Positions 43,436-54,213 of a DNA stretch of 64,000 nt are shown here, one piece after another. The stretch covers positions 3,906,001 through 3,970,000 of the forward strand of contig NC_088855.1 of the NCBI RefSeq assembly GCF_963853765.1. Direction: 5' to 3'. Below the pieces are notes generated by a model. The model was given only the letters and a program-made list of their open reading frames with translations. It did not search any database and had not been told where the DNA came from. The DNA is from Magallana gigas (lineage: Eukaryota). The position numbers and the translations under genes are program-made. How positions within the stretch are numbered: position 1 is the first letter of the stretch; every line of letters begins with the position of its first letter.

Positions 43436-45153
43436 ATGGCCAGAAGCGAGTGGGTCCTCTGTCTGCTGGCTATTCTCCCGTTGATACAGGTAAACATCAA
43501 CGTTACTGTTCTGTAATCAGAAATCAGAAAGTTATTGATTTCTGTACATGATAGACTTCAGTATGCTTAGTTCACTTTTTGTATGCTTTCTTTTAATCAT
43601 CTTACTTTGACAATGTTTTCTTTCTTTTTCAGGGATGGTACCAGAACCAAAACTCCAATATCAACATCAACACAAATTCTCCGGATCCGTTTGTGTTTGT
43701 AAGCCATTCGAACATAGCCTCCAACCCCGGGACAAATGTTATCACCCACTCTCAGGGGGCACATGATTCGTTTGTCAATTTGAACTTCCATGCCCCAATC
43801 AGCAACCACTTCGCTCCTACCCTCACAATTGGAGGGGGAGGAGGCGGTCCAGCAAAAACACCATCAGCTCCCAAAACACCAAAAGCTCCCAAAAAGTCAC
43901 CAGCACCGAAAAAATCACCGAAGAAGATGAAGCGTCCCAAGAAAAAATCGCCTTCTCCACCGAAAGCTAAATACCACGCCCCAGCGACCACCCCTCCTCC
44001 AATTCCCACCACGCCACCGCAAAAGACACCAAAGAAAACACCCAAAAAAGCGCCAAAGAAGAAAAGTCCTAAAGGTTCTCCCAAAAAGTCTCCCTCTGGC
44101 AATCCACAGGGCGGACCTCCGTCGTATCCCCCCAAACGACCACAGGCTCATTACGTGAACATTAAATCTATCCAATACCCAAGTAACAAAGTGACCGTCA
44201 TTGGTAGCCAAAACGAAGTCCATACTGTGGCTGGATTACGCAATAATATCAAGTATCAGAAATCGGTACTGCCAGCACCAGCTCCTAACCCTAGCATGAA
44301 ACTCTTACTGAACCTTTTGCAGAAAATGATCATTAAAGTAAACAATAAACCTGCACCAACTACAACAACAACGACAACAACAACAACAACAGCTCCTGAT
44401 ACAACTACGACAACTGAAGCCACTACAACCACAACAACTGCCGCCACCACCACCACCACCACAGAGGCTACCACCACAACCACCACTCCTGAAATGACAA
44501 CTCCTACAACTACAACAACAACTACCCCGGCCAGCACGACCCCGCTACCGTTCCCAACCTACACTGTCCAGCCCATCGACCAGAAGGGCCTGCTAATGGA
44601 GGTGTTACTGCAACACATGATAGCTCAGCCTAGTTCCGGTGGAGCCACCTTGGACTACGTGGGTCAGAACGGTAACCATGTGTCACTTAACAGTGCCTCA
44701 GGGTCACAGGCAAGTAGTTTGGGATCTCCAAGTTCCTCATTGTTAGGTAGCCTGGGACTTTCGTCTCAACCATCTACTGGAGGTTCTTCACTGTTGAGTA
44801 GTCTTGGTCTTTCGTCTCAATCTGCAACTGGAGGTTCTCAAGCCAACACAAATCTGGGACAACAGTTAGGTTTGGGTGCAGGATTTGGAAACTCTGTTGC
44901 GCTTGATGTGTACGCAGCTGCTCTTGCAAAATCGACTACACCCAACCCATTACTTGACCCCTATCAACTGTCCGGGCTTCTCTCGGGACCAGCTAGCGGC
45001 GGCGCTGCCCAAGGAGCTCCGGCTGATCTCACCTGGCTACAAAACTACATCCCACAGTTAGCCCTGGCGAAGCACGGGAAAGTAGCAGTTGTAAATAAGT
45101 TGGCCAACAAAAGCAAAACGAAAGCATTCATCAGCAAGAAACTATCAGTTTAA
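43436..45153 (+). CDS. Secreted low-complexity protein B (524 aa; tandem paralogue of A)
   Basis: join(43436-43489,43633-45153). Exon 1 encodes MARSEWVLCLLAILPLIQ (ACCATGG context); CAG|gtaaac ... ctttttcag|GGA is phase 0. Shares the NFHAPI, YPSNxVxVIGxxNEVHTVAGLxNN, LLLNLLQKM and DLTWL..Y.PQLAL blocks with A. Confidence 0.9.
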
Positions 45154-46336
45154 AAAATACCGTTCAGTATTAACAGAAGGAAACTTACATGTATGTATTG
45201 TTGAAGTGTATGCGGATGCTGCAAAATTGCGTGGACTTGTGTTGACTTTGTAAATACCTCAAGTGATGTTCCCGTAATCGCTCTTAAATTATTTTTCAAG
45301 TGAGTGTTATTAATTTATTTATTGTTTTTATTGATCAAGTAAATTATTACATATCGATCTATTTTTGTTTGATTTTTTTCTGCTAGTATTTTAGAAATAT
45401 TTACATACAACAAAATTAAGATCAACGATTTCATAACGCAAAGAAAACTATGATAAAAAGAACAAAAATAAAAGCAAAAAAATAACAGATAAACCAACAA
45501 ACTAAAAAGGCAATTTTATAACTATAAAACGTCATTAACTAAAGTGTATACGATTGCCTTCATAAATAATAATTTAAATATTCACTGAACTTTAAGGCGA
45601 CAAAGAAAACCCAAAAATTTCGAAATATTCAAGGTCGATTGATTTATGCATTGTCAATGAGGAAACTGGAATTATTATGTTAATTGTTGCCTCATGTTGA
45701 ATTAATTAGACATTGAGTTTGGTGATTTACTTACACCAAAACAACGCCGTAAAGAAGGGAAAAAAGAAAGATTTGCCGTTCGAGTCAGAGTAATTTAAAT
45801 CCTGAGAGATCACTGCACGGTAAAAATCAAACCGTAATATTATATCACGTGTACGTTTAACGGCGTAAGATATTATCAATATTATTCAAATTCACAAAAT
45901 TAACATGGACAGTAGTTATGGCAGTACTGTGATCTATTCATGAGTAAGTTGATTCAAAGGTATGTCAATCATAAGTATACATGTGAACGTGAAAATGAAC
46001 AGAAACATAGCATAGCTTTCCTAGGACCCTATTAAACCACCAATCTTCGCCTAACAAAAATACGTTGTCAAACGTATGTCAATCACAAGTATACATGTAA
46101 ATGCATTCTGGTTATTAAGAAACATGCTGGTATTCCATTTAATAATTCATGAAAACCGCAATAATTAAAAAGTAGTTTACCTCGATAATTGAATGCATCA
46201 AAACATTCGGTATGAATTTGTTTAATGCTAACTTTAATAATATAGCGTTTGATATAAGCAAACTATACATTGTATACCTAATTCTTTACAAAGTCGAGAT
46301 TTTTCTGTTGTGTAAATACATGCATTGAGTATTAAT

Positions 46337-47473
46337 CTAGTAGTACGTGTTATCTGTATCTGTCTCCTCTGATCTCCTGTCTCGAAGACAATTAGTTTTA
46401 TTTGAACTTCTACAACAAAACAACGACCTAAACACGGCGGCGTAGTAAGACCGGAAGGTGATGTCGAAATATCCGTACACGAACGGATTCACTACGTTGG
46501 AGACCATGTGGAAGCGCCGGAGAAGCAGGAAAATGGTCAGTTTCCCGCCACTCAGGTCCAACCAGTAGCCGGCTTTTTGTCTCTGGACCAATATCATCGT
46601 AAAGGTAGGTATATAGGTCAGCAGGTAAGTCATTACAATCACTCCGAACATCATGTGGAAATTTAGAGTAACATTTGGTCGCCCGCGGTTTCCCCGCCTT
46701 TCTTCTCGCATTACTGTTCTAACGTCCGTGATATCGGAAGTCAATGTTTCAACGGCGTCAATGGAATTTGATTGGAATTCCGGGGGATTCTGGGAAGACC
46801 CTGAATTTTTATACTTTTTCAAAATGACAAATCCAACAGGAGCGTACAAAAGAGTTGTTGTCAAAATCAAAAGCAAAGTAAGAACGAACAAAAACATAAT
46901 ATAACTTTCCTCAGACTCTTTAAAAGTACCTGTCTTTGCCTCACAAGAGCACGTTGTTAAATGTGACCCGTCCGACAAAGAAACATTTATAGCAGCTGTT
47001 CCAGAGAAGACACACATTGGAACAGCAATCACCATAGGAACGAAAGTAACAACAAGTACGACGATGATTCGATGATGTCGAGGATCGAAGTAGCGTTTAG
47101 TAGGTTTAAAGACGAGCAGGAAACGCTGTAAAGCAATGATAAGAACCATCAGGGCTGAGGACGAAGGGGTCGTCCACATAAAATATGTCATTACTTTACA
47201 CAACACATCAGAAGGGAAGCTGACGCTGTAAGAGTTGAGGATCAGAACGCTGATGGTGGTATCCACACTAGCAATTATATCGTACACGGCCAGGAGGAGG
47301 ATGTAGAAACGATTCCCTCTCTTCTGTTTCCGGTGACATACGTGAATAGCGATCGAATTCCCGACGATTCCGACGAGGAGGAGACAGACCAGAAGGATGT
47401 TGAAGGGAAGCCTGGAGACGGCAATCACTCGGTTCCGGTCAGTCACTGAAGCGTTGGTGGTATGACAGACCAT
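46337..47473 (-). CDS. Intronless orphan rhodopsin-class (class A) GPCR, 378 aa
   Basis: Seven hydrophobic segments; TM1 GN, TM2 LAVYD, Cys at the top of TM3, ALQRF in place of DRY, TM5 LY, TM6 TYIP, TM7 NPFVY. Single ATG-to-stop ORF. Confidence 0.92.
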   Translation of the reverse strand: MVCHTTNASVTDRNRVIAVSRLPFNILLVCLLLVGIVGNSIAIHVCHRKQKRGNRFYILLLAVYDIIASVDTTISVLILNSYSVSFPSDVLCKVMTYFMWTTPSSSALMVLIIALQRFLLVFKPTKRYFDPRHHRIIVVLVVTFVPMVIAVPMCVFSGTAAINVSLSDGSHLTTCSCEAKTGTFKESEESYIMFLFVLTLLLILTTTLLYAPVGFVILKKYKNSGSSQNPPEFQSNSIDAVETLTSDITDVRTVMREERRGNRGRPNVTLNFHMMFGVIVMTYLLTYIPTFTMILVQRQKAGYWLDLSGGKLTIFLLLRRFHMVSNVVNPFVYGYFDITFRSYYAAVFRSLFCCRSSNKTNCLRDRRSEETDTDNTYY

Positions 47474-47923
47474 TGCAATCCCACGAATGCCAACGGGAAT
47501 GGCCGACCCTTGACCCCGTGTCCAAAAATATGCAATATTAGATATTTACATCAGTATCTCACATGCAAGTAGATTGCCATTTGTTTCTCGTTAAGTCCAC
47601 CCATGAGGAACAACGATGTAAAAGGTAGGTGTAGAAACAACTACCGGACATCCGGACGTTTGTCTTTGTGATTCGGAAAGCAAAAACATGTCTTTGTTTC
47701 CTGTAGAGTAAAGTTCTTATCACTTTACAATAAACAACACTAAATGCAAACACAAAGAACACAAAGAGCATCTGTAACAACATAAACAACACAAGGCGGA
47801 ACAAGATCAGCTTTTTATTCTAGTGTTCAAACTCTGAGACGGTTGACGCTGATTTGGATTACCCACCAGATATCCGGAATAACCGGCATATACCCAATAT
47901 ACCTTTTCCATTACAAAAGTAGG

Positions 47924-48433
47924 ATGGAAAAGGGTGCGGAGTGTGGAAGACGACAACGAGCAGACGGCAGATGGAGCACTGAGGCGAACTATGGTTCAGT
48001 CGAGAGCCGTGTGGGTAGCTGGTCTTTTTCTGACTCTGAAAATGGTGTCTCTGATACACTGACAGTGGGACCTAGAGAAGACAAGGGGCATCAGGACTCT
48101 CTGGCGTCCCCTCCAGAGGAATGGTACCGACCAACCATGTCAGATGTGTTGGGTAATTGTGAGGCAAATGACCAGACAAATGGAACAGTGGAAAATTATG
48201 ATGACAACGTTGATGAAAACGACGATGAAAACAATGATGAAAACAACGATGAAATCTATAATGAAAATGACGAGTTCTCCGTCGAGAAGGATGAAGAGGC
48301 ATCTTTAGAGGAAGAAAACATTGAGGACGATTTAATTAATGAAGACGATATAATGACAACGATGAATAATAAGAGAAATCAAGATAAAAGTGAACCATGT
48401 TATGATGTCGATCAAGTGATAGAATGCGAATAA
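47924..48433 (+). CDS. Uncharacterised Asp/Glu/Asn-rich acidic ORF (169 aa from ATG 47924; may be a terminal exon)
   Basis: Frame open over 47843-48433. Strongly biased GAT/GAA/AAC codon use (ENYDDNVDENDDENNDENNDE...). AATAAA overlaps the stop. Possible acceptor AG at 47921-47922. No signal peptide visible. Confidence 0.55.
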   Translation: MEKGAECGRRQRADGRWSTEANYGSVESRVGSWSFSDSENGVSDTLTVGPREDKGHQDSLASPPEEWYRPTMSDVLGNCEANDQTNGTVENYDDNVDENDDENNDENNDEIYNENDEFSVEKDEEASLEEENIEDDLINEDDIMTTMNNKRNQDKSEPCYDVDQVIECE

Positions 48434-48927
48434 ATCACGTATGAATCGATCATGAATTCTAAAAATTCTAAACAGTAGAAGTATTCCCTACGACGCAGGT
48501 ATGATTACAAGGAACAATGCATCATCAATCATCAAGGTGACAAGGCGATTAAAGCATATGATTTATAAAACATGTAAATCTTAATGTGTGTATGTTCAAA
48601 TGATTATTATTGTAAGCTTCAAATGCAGATCATATATTATGTGTTTTAGCGGGACATATATTGTGAAATTTGTTGAGAATAACTTGGACAGTATTGTTTC
48701 GACAGTACACAAATATTTTTAATTAGGATCATCTTATGTAATTTCACTTAGATTAAATTATCATGCTTTAAGCGATAAATGATATCTGGCATACATCAAG
48801 AGTTATAAGAAATTGATTTTATTTAAAAGAGCATGACTTTTCATATTACACTGCCATACGGGCATTAATAATATACCTATCACATGATTATACATCCAAT
48901 ACAGTGAATCATGGTAAAAGCACACAC

Positions 48928-48930
<3 letters not shown>

Positions 48931-48971
<41 letters not shown>
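48931..48971. repeat. (GA)20 microsatellite
   Basis: Perfect dinucleotide run. Confidence 0.99.
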
Positions 48972-48973
<2 letters not shown>

Positions 48974-49661
48974 ACATGTAACAGTTTTCTACACTTATAG
49001 TCGTATTTCTATAATCAAAACTAAAATATGGAAATGTGAATTTTTTCGTGATAATGATCAAATCATTTATTTTTACCTTGACATAATGCTAACTTTCTAT
49101 CAATTTATAAAAAATTAATGAAATGATTTAGTTATTAGCCTTTCGTAAGTTCAGTTTAAGCGACACCTGTGCAGGCCATACATAATTCTAATGGCGAAAC
49201 CTGGCGCCGGAAAGACGGATATTTTGACAAGTGTCACAGAGTCGCTGACTGCATAAATTTAGCCTCTCTGGTGAAATGATGCACCTTTCTGATTGTAAGT
49301 GTAACCTAGATAAAAACCATGAAAATTGCTTTAATTTTAAAGATATTTATTATTTTGAAACAAAAAGTATAATCATATAACTTTCAACTGTTTGCATAGG
49401 CATAACAAAAAAATTGTATACAAAGATGCTACATTGTAACAAATGAATAAATTATGGCGACAGAGTTTGTCTCACACAACCTTTGCTGGCTATCGTCCAC
49501 AACGTAAGACAAGTCGAAACTTTTGGGACAGGGCATTTGGAATCCAGACACGGCATTCGCACCAGATCAGTTGATTGTCCAGTCATATTTTACGACACAA
49601 CAACCGTCCGAGTGTGTGTCCAATCACAGCCAACGTAACAAATAGTTCGGGTTCAATCACA

Positions 49662-49727
49662 ACGATTGTTACAGCATTGTCAGAACAGTACGTTACGATT
49701 GTTACAGCATTATTAGTACAATACGTT
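49662..49727. repeat. 33-bp tandem duplication in the 3' UTR of secreted protein C
   Basis: ACGATTGTTACAGCATTGTCAGAACAGTACGTT / ACGATTGTTACAGCATTATTAGTACAATACGTT. Confidence 0.8.
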
Positions 49728-49750
49728 ACATGTACTGTATCTAATTACAA

Positions 49751-52700
49751 CTACCGTAACACTAACAACTCCACATTGTTTGCTTTGTTGTTGAACCCTA
49801 CGAAACCTTTATGAACACTAACTCCTTTAGGTGGAGAAAACCTATCACTCATTTCGTTGAAAACTGACCCCTCCTCATTTGTCTTTTTAGATCTGTTGCG
49901 ACTGAAATGGCCCAGATTAAAACTAAACTGCACATTAACTTTACTTTTTTGAGTTGGTGTCAGTTCGGGTGTTAGTTCATTAACAAGCTCATTATTAGCG
50001 TTGTATTGAGATTGCTGATAGGGTGAACTGGCTGTATATTGTGGATCTTGGTTCAATGAGGGTGTGTCCAGTGCAGGAGAGGTCCGATCCAAGACGGTAT
50101 TTTGAGAAATGTCCACTGTATTTCCTTGCTGTGCTTCCAATTTGTTGAGAGCACCGGCCGATTGACTTACTAGCCCAGAGGGTCTTGGAGATATCGTTGT
50201 GGGTGTCCCTCCTACAGAACGAGTGGTTGGAGCCTCAGTTGCGACAGTTCTTCTGTCTGAGAGGTAGCGAGGGGTAAGAATGGGAGGGACCGTGTTAGCT
50301 GACTTTGTCGTTCCACTAATGACATTTTCTGGAGGAGGTGTAACAGATTTGGTACCGGAGAGACTTGTTGTTCCCTGGCTGGGCGCTATTTGAGGAGGCG
50401 GAGGGGTGGGTCTCAGAGTGGTTTTGACCACAGGTTTGGTCGTGGTTTGTTTTGTCGGGATATCTCTGAACGGTAAAAGAAGAGCTTTTCTTCTCTTGGG
50501 CGCGAGAGTCGTCACTGGTAATGGTGTTGTTGTGGTCGGGAGCGTTGGTGGTGACTTTGGGACAAACGATGGTGTGTTTGTATAAGTAATCCTCTCGATT
50601 GCTGGTGTAGCAGTGGCTGACGTGGTTAATCGCGGTCGCTGAACTGTATTGGAGTATGGACTCTGCGGTTTGATGGCAATTAAGCTGTTTGGGTCTGCCA
50701 CTGCGGCCTCCAATACATTTGGATTTCTTTTAAACTGGTTATTTACGCCCTCTATCTGACTTACAGATCCAAGGTTTGTGTAAGCCGCAGCTTTCACTGC
50801 GTTAGGAGTAGGTTTGACCTTGGTTATTCTTTGTTTGGTTACAGGGGGTTCGTAGTCGGACTGTGTTTGGGGCTGAGGTTGAGGTGGCTGACGTATCTGT
50901 TCCATCCTTTGCGTATTTATCTGACGATTTGGTGATACCTTTTCGGACGGCCCTGTTTTCATATCAAGCCCTGCTTTTGAAAGCAAGTTTTGAAGAAGAT
51001 GTACAAAATTCGGATTGATCATGTACTTCTTTCCGTTGATGACTGTAGGAATGAGCCCCGACTTTGTTTCGATATTTGACTGCTGTGTTGTACTCGTGGG
51101 GTTTGTATTGCTGTTGACTGACGGGCGCTTATTGAAAAGAGTTGTCGGCTTTTGATGTCCATTGACATTCGTTTGCAATGCTGGGGTTTGCATACTTTCA
51201 CTTCTTTTTGGCATTAAATGGCTATTAGGCTGTGTATTTGGTAAAGAGTTTGATACCACGTTTTGTTTAAGATTCATTCCAAGTTTCTGTTGTTGGGAGG
51301 CAGGGAAAATTTGTCCATTCCTTGTTGGGCTAATGTCCTCTATTTTGATCTGTTGTTGATCACTAGGCAGTATTTGTTTAATGTTGGATGATCTCGTCTT
51401 CATTCTTCTCGGTGATGGTGGCTGGTTGTCTGGCAACTTACGGAGAACATTTGTTGCCACTACTTTGCTTGGTTTTTGTACCGTTACTGGTTGTGTTCCA
51501 GGCAAGTTTTGTCGTAAAGCATTGGACAGTGAAGTTTGTAAAGATGAAGTCTGAGTTTGCCATATTCTCTCTGTATTAGGTAAACTGCGCACAATATTGG
51601 GTGATGTCATGTAGGACACATGTTCTTCTCCATTCGGTACATTATAAGAAACTGGTTGGTTTTGTTGTACATTGAAAGGAGAGCTTGGTCTAACTGGATT
51701 AGAAGGCAAAACATAGGATTGTGACGATTGAACAGGAGCTGGTTCTAGGTTTGGTCTAACTTCATATGGCTCTGGTGCTGGAGTTGTTGATGGGGTGACA
51801 GACTGAGGGTTAACATGGCGTGGTGCGGTCCTGTGAGCAGCAATGTTCTGATAAGGAGGGGTAAACTGATTGGCGTTGGACTGTAGAGGCCGCAATGTGT
51901 TTACTTGAACTGGATATGGAGGGATGGGTGGATTGCTATTTGAATTTAGTGAAGTAAATGGTACAGATTCAATAGGTCGTGGTGCTCTCTCTATTGGCTG
52001 TGACGGGTGGTGCTGATTAAGTGATGAGCCGGGTGTTTGCCACTGGTTATTCCTGTGTGTGGTTTCTGCTGCTGTCCGTGCAGGCTGTACTCGTTGTGGG
52101 GATAAACTTTGTTGGGTTACTTGGCTCCGAAATGAATTCATTGAATGTGGCTGCGTATTAAGATTTCTCCTGAGATTCCACTGTTGCTGAACCGGTGGGT
52201 TTTGTGATGTTTGCGCCAGCCCAACTCTCTGTGCAGAAAATTGGTTTTGATTTTGCGGATCATTTTGCGATGGGCTTGATGACTGTGGTCCGGGTGGGTT
52301 ATTCCACTGTGACATTAACTGATTATGAACGGGTTGATTAGAAAATACATTTAACGGCGTTTGTGTAAGCCCTACTCTTTGTGGACTTGCTCTTTGGAAA
52401 TGTTGTGGATTTCGGAAACCATTGGATGCTAGTGGCATTGAGTTCGTTCTTTCTTGTCCTATATTTTGGCGACCAGGTTGGCTTTGTGTACCTGGTGAAG
52501 AAGAGTGCCCTGGTGGCACTCTCCTTGAGCCTTGTAATGGCTGACCGGTCGCTTGGATCTGCACGGTGCGAAAAGGTGAGTTCTGAATGTTCCTCGTCGT
52601 GTGTAGCGCCGGACGGTTTCGACTAACACTGACGGGTCGTTGTGAACCGCTGTCCGGATGTGGGGTGGTCTCCAATAAGAACTGCAGTAATGAAATAGGT

Positions 52701-53390
52701 GGCGCCTTGGTGCTTGTTTGCAGTTGTGGACTTCCTAGTCGGCTCCTCTGGATTCCAGGTGCCATGGTTACCTGAGTCGTCGGCATCAGGGAATTAAATG
52801 GCATCCCAGTACTCAACCGAGAGTGCATCCCCACCCCCATCTGTGCCGCGAGTCTGGGGTCCGTGTGTTGTGAGTTCCTAAAACGCTGTGGCATGCTCAA
52901 TCGTGAGTTTTGTTGGAATGGCTGTTCGGCTCCATTAGGGTTTGACTAAAAAAAAGTATATTTGTGTTACATAAAAAATTCAAACGTAAATCAATTGAAA
53001 CTAAGCTTTAACATTCTTTAATGTAACACATATTATGTAACTTGAGTAAATTCACGTGAACAATAAATTATTATATTTTTTAAAATTTTACTAGTATGTT
53101 AATCTTAGAAATTGTTTGAACGATCAATGAAAGTTTTAAGATATGACTTTATGTACATACAATGCATCTAGAAAATTGTTTAGCTCGAAACAAATTGACA
53201 GATTTGTAATTTTTAAAACAAAAAAGTATGTGCGTTAGTTCCACGTTTTCTAAATTAATAAATTTCTATAAAAGTACATTTGAAAATGTTCAAAACATTG
53301 ATAAAAGTGAATTCATACCCCTGTGAAGAACTGTCCGTTTGTCAGGGTGATCGTACAAAGCAGACACACAGTTTTACAAACGACGTCCAT
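49751..53390 (-). CDS. Secreted Gln/Pro/Thr/Ser/Asn-rich disordered protein C (1088 aa)
   Basis: complement(join(49751-52945,53319-53390)). Exon 1 encodes MDVVCKTVCLLCTITLTNGQFFTG (signal peptide); GGG|gtatga ... ttttttttag|TCA is phase 0 and in frame with the 1049-aa ORF. No Cys in the mature region. Confidence 0.88.
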
Positions 53391-54213
53391 GGTAGCTAGC
53401 GTCCGTCTGAGGAGTCCCGGTGTCGGCGCATCAACCGCCGAGTGTAGACAAGTTAGTGTGTCTTTTCCTGGTGATTAGTCAGAAACAGATCATCGATTGA
53501 ATACCAAATATTGGTCGACGACGATCGATACAAATTGATCTCTCTAATGAATTCAATATCAGTGATGATCTATTCCAATTGCCCCCGCCTTCACACACAA
53601 ACTTTTATTCTCCTCAATGGTTTTCTTTCATTCGAGAAACAGTCCAATTCGTTCAATATGGTAAGAAATGAGCCACACGCACTTCATAATTTGAACGATA
53701 ATAATTCTAATTTATATCTATATCTGTTCAGAAACCGCCTAATGATTATTATACGTGAGTAGAAAGTTTATTAGGTGTCGAAATCAACTGTTCTTAGCCA
53801 ATATAAAGACGGCTTTCAAGGAAGAAATCTAATGAACTCTCCCCTCATTTGTCCGTCATTAATTTATCATTGATTAAGGACAACAGGATTTTTAATGGTT
53901 TTTTAATCTAATTTGGGAAGCTGAATAAACGTAAATAAGCCGATAGAAATTATAAACAGGTGCGAGAGTTTATTTTTTTTCTATTTATACATGTATATTA
54001 TTATTTTAGTTTCCACGTATAAATATATGTGACGGAGGGGTCATTATGCAGATATACCGGCTACATCTAGTTTGCTCCCATCTATGATAACAGAAAACAA
54101 TCTCCGTAATCGAAAACAAAAGTACAAAAATGATAGCATGTAAATGACATACTGACTGGAAATGATTTCTTTTGGGATTGATACGTTTTTTGACGCTGGC
54201 GTTGGCAACATTC

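Noticed and set aside
40942-44537. Several minus-strand Val/Gly/Phe-rich ORFs (40942-41352, 41309-41998, 41668-41979, 43752-44135, 44256-44537)
   Set aside because: Antisense shadows of the ACN/CCN/AAR-rich coding strands of genes A and B.
45960-46098. 25-bp direct repeat (GTATGTCAATCAYAAGTATACATGT) 114 bp apart, downstream of the GPCR
   Set aside because: Only two copies with no flanking element structure; most likely a local duplication.
47559-47804. 81-aa hydrophobic minus-strand ORF resembling a GPCR TM5-ICL3 fragment, just upstream of the GPCR
   Set aside because: Bounded by stops, starts at TTG, and its hydrophobicity follows from T/G-rich sequence that also looks like an intron end (…ACTCTACAG|) for a GPCR 5' UTR exon. 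A pseudogene fragment cannot be supported.
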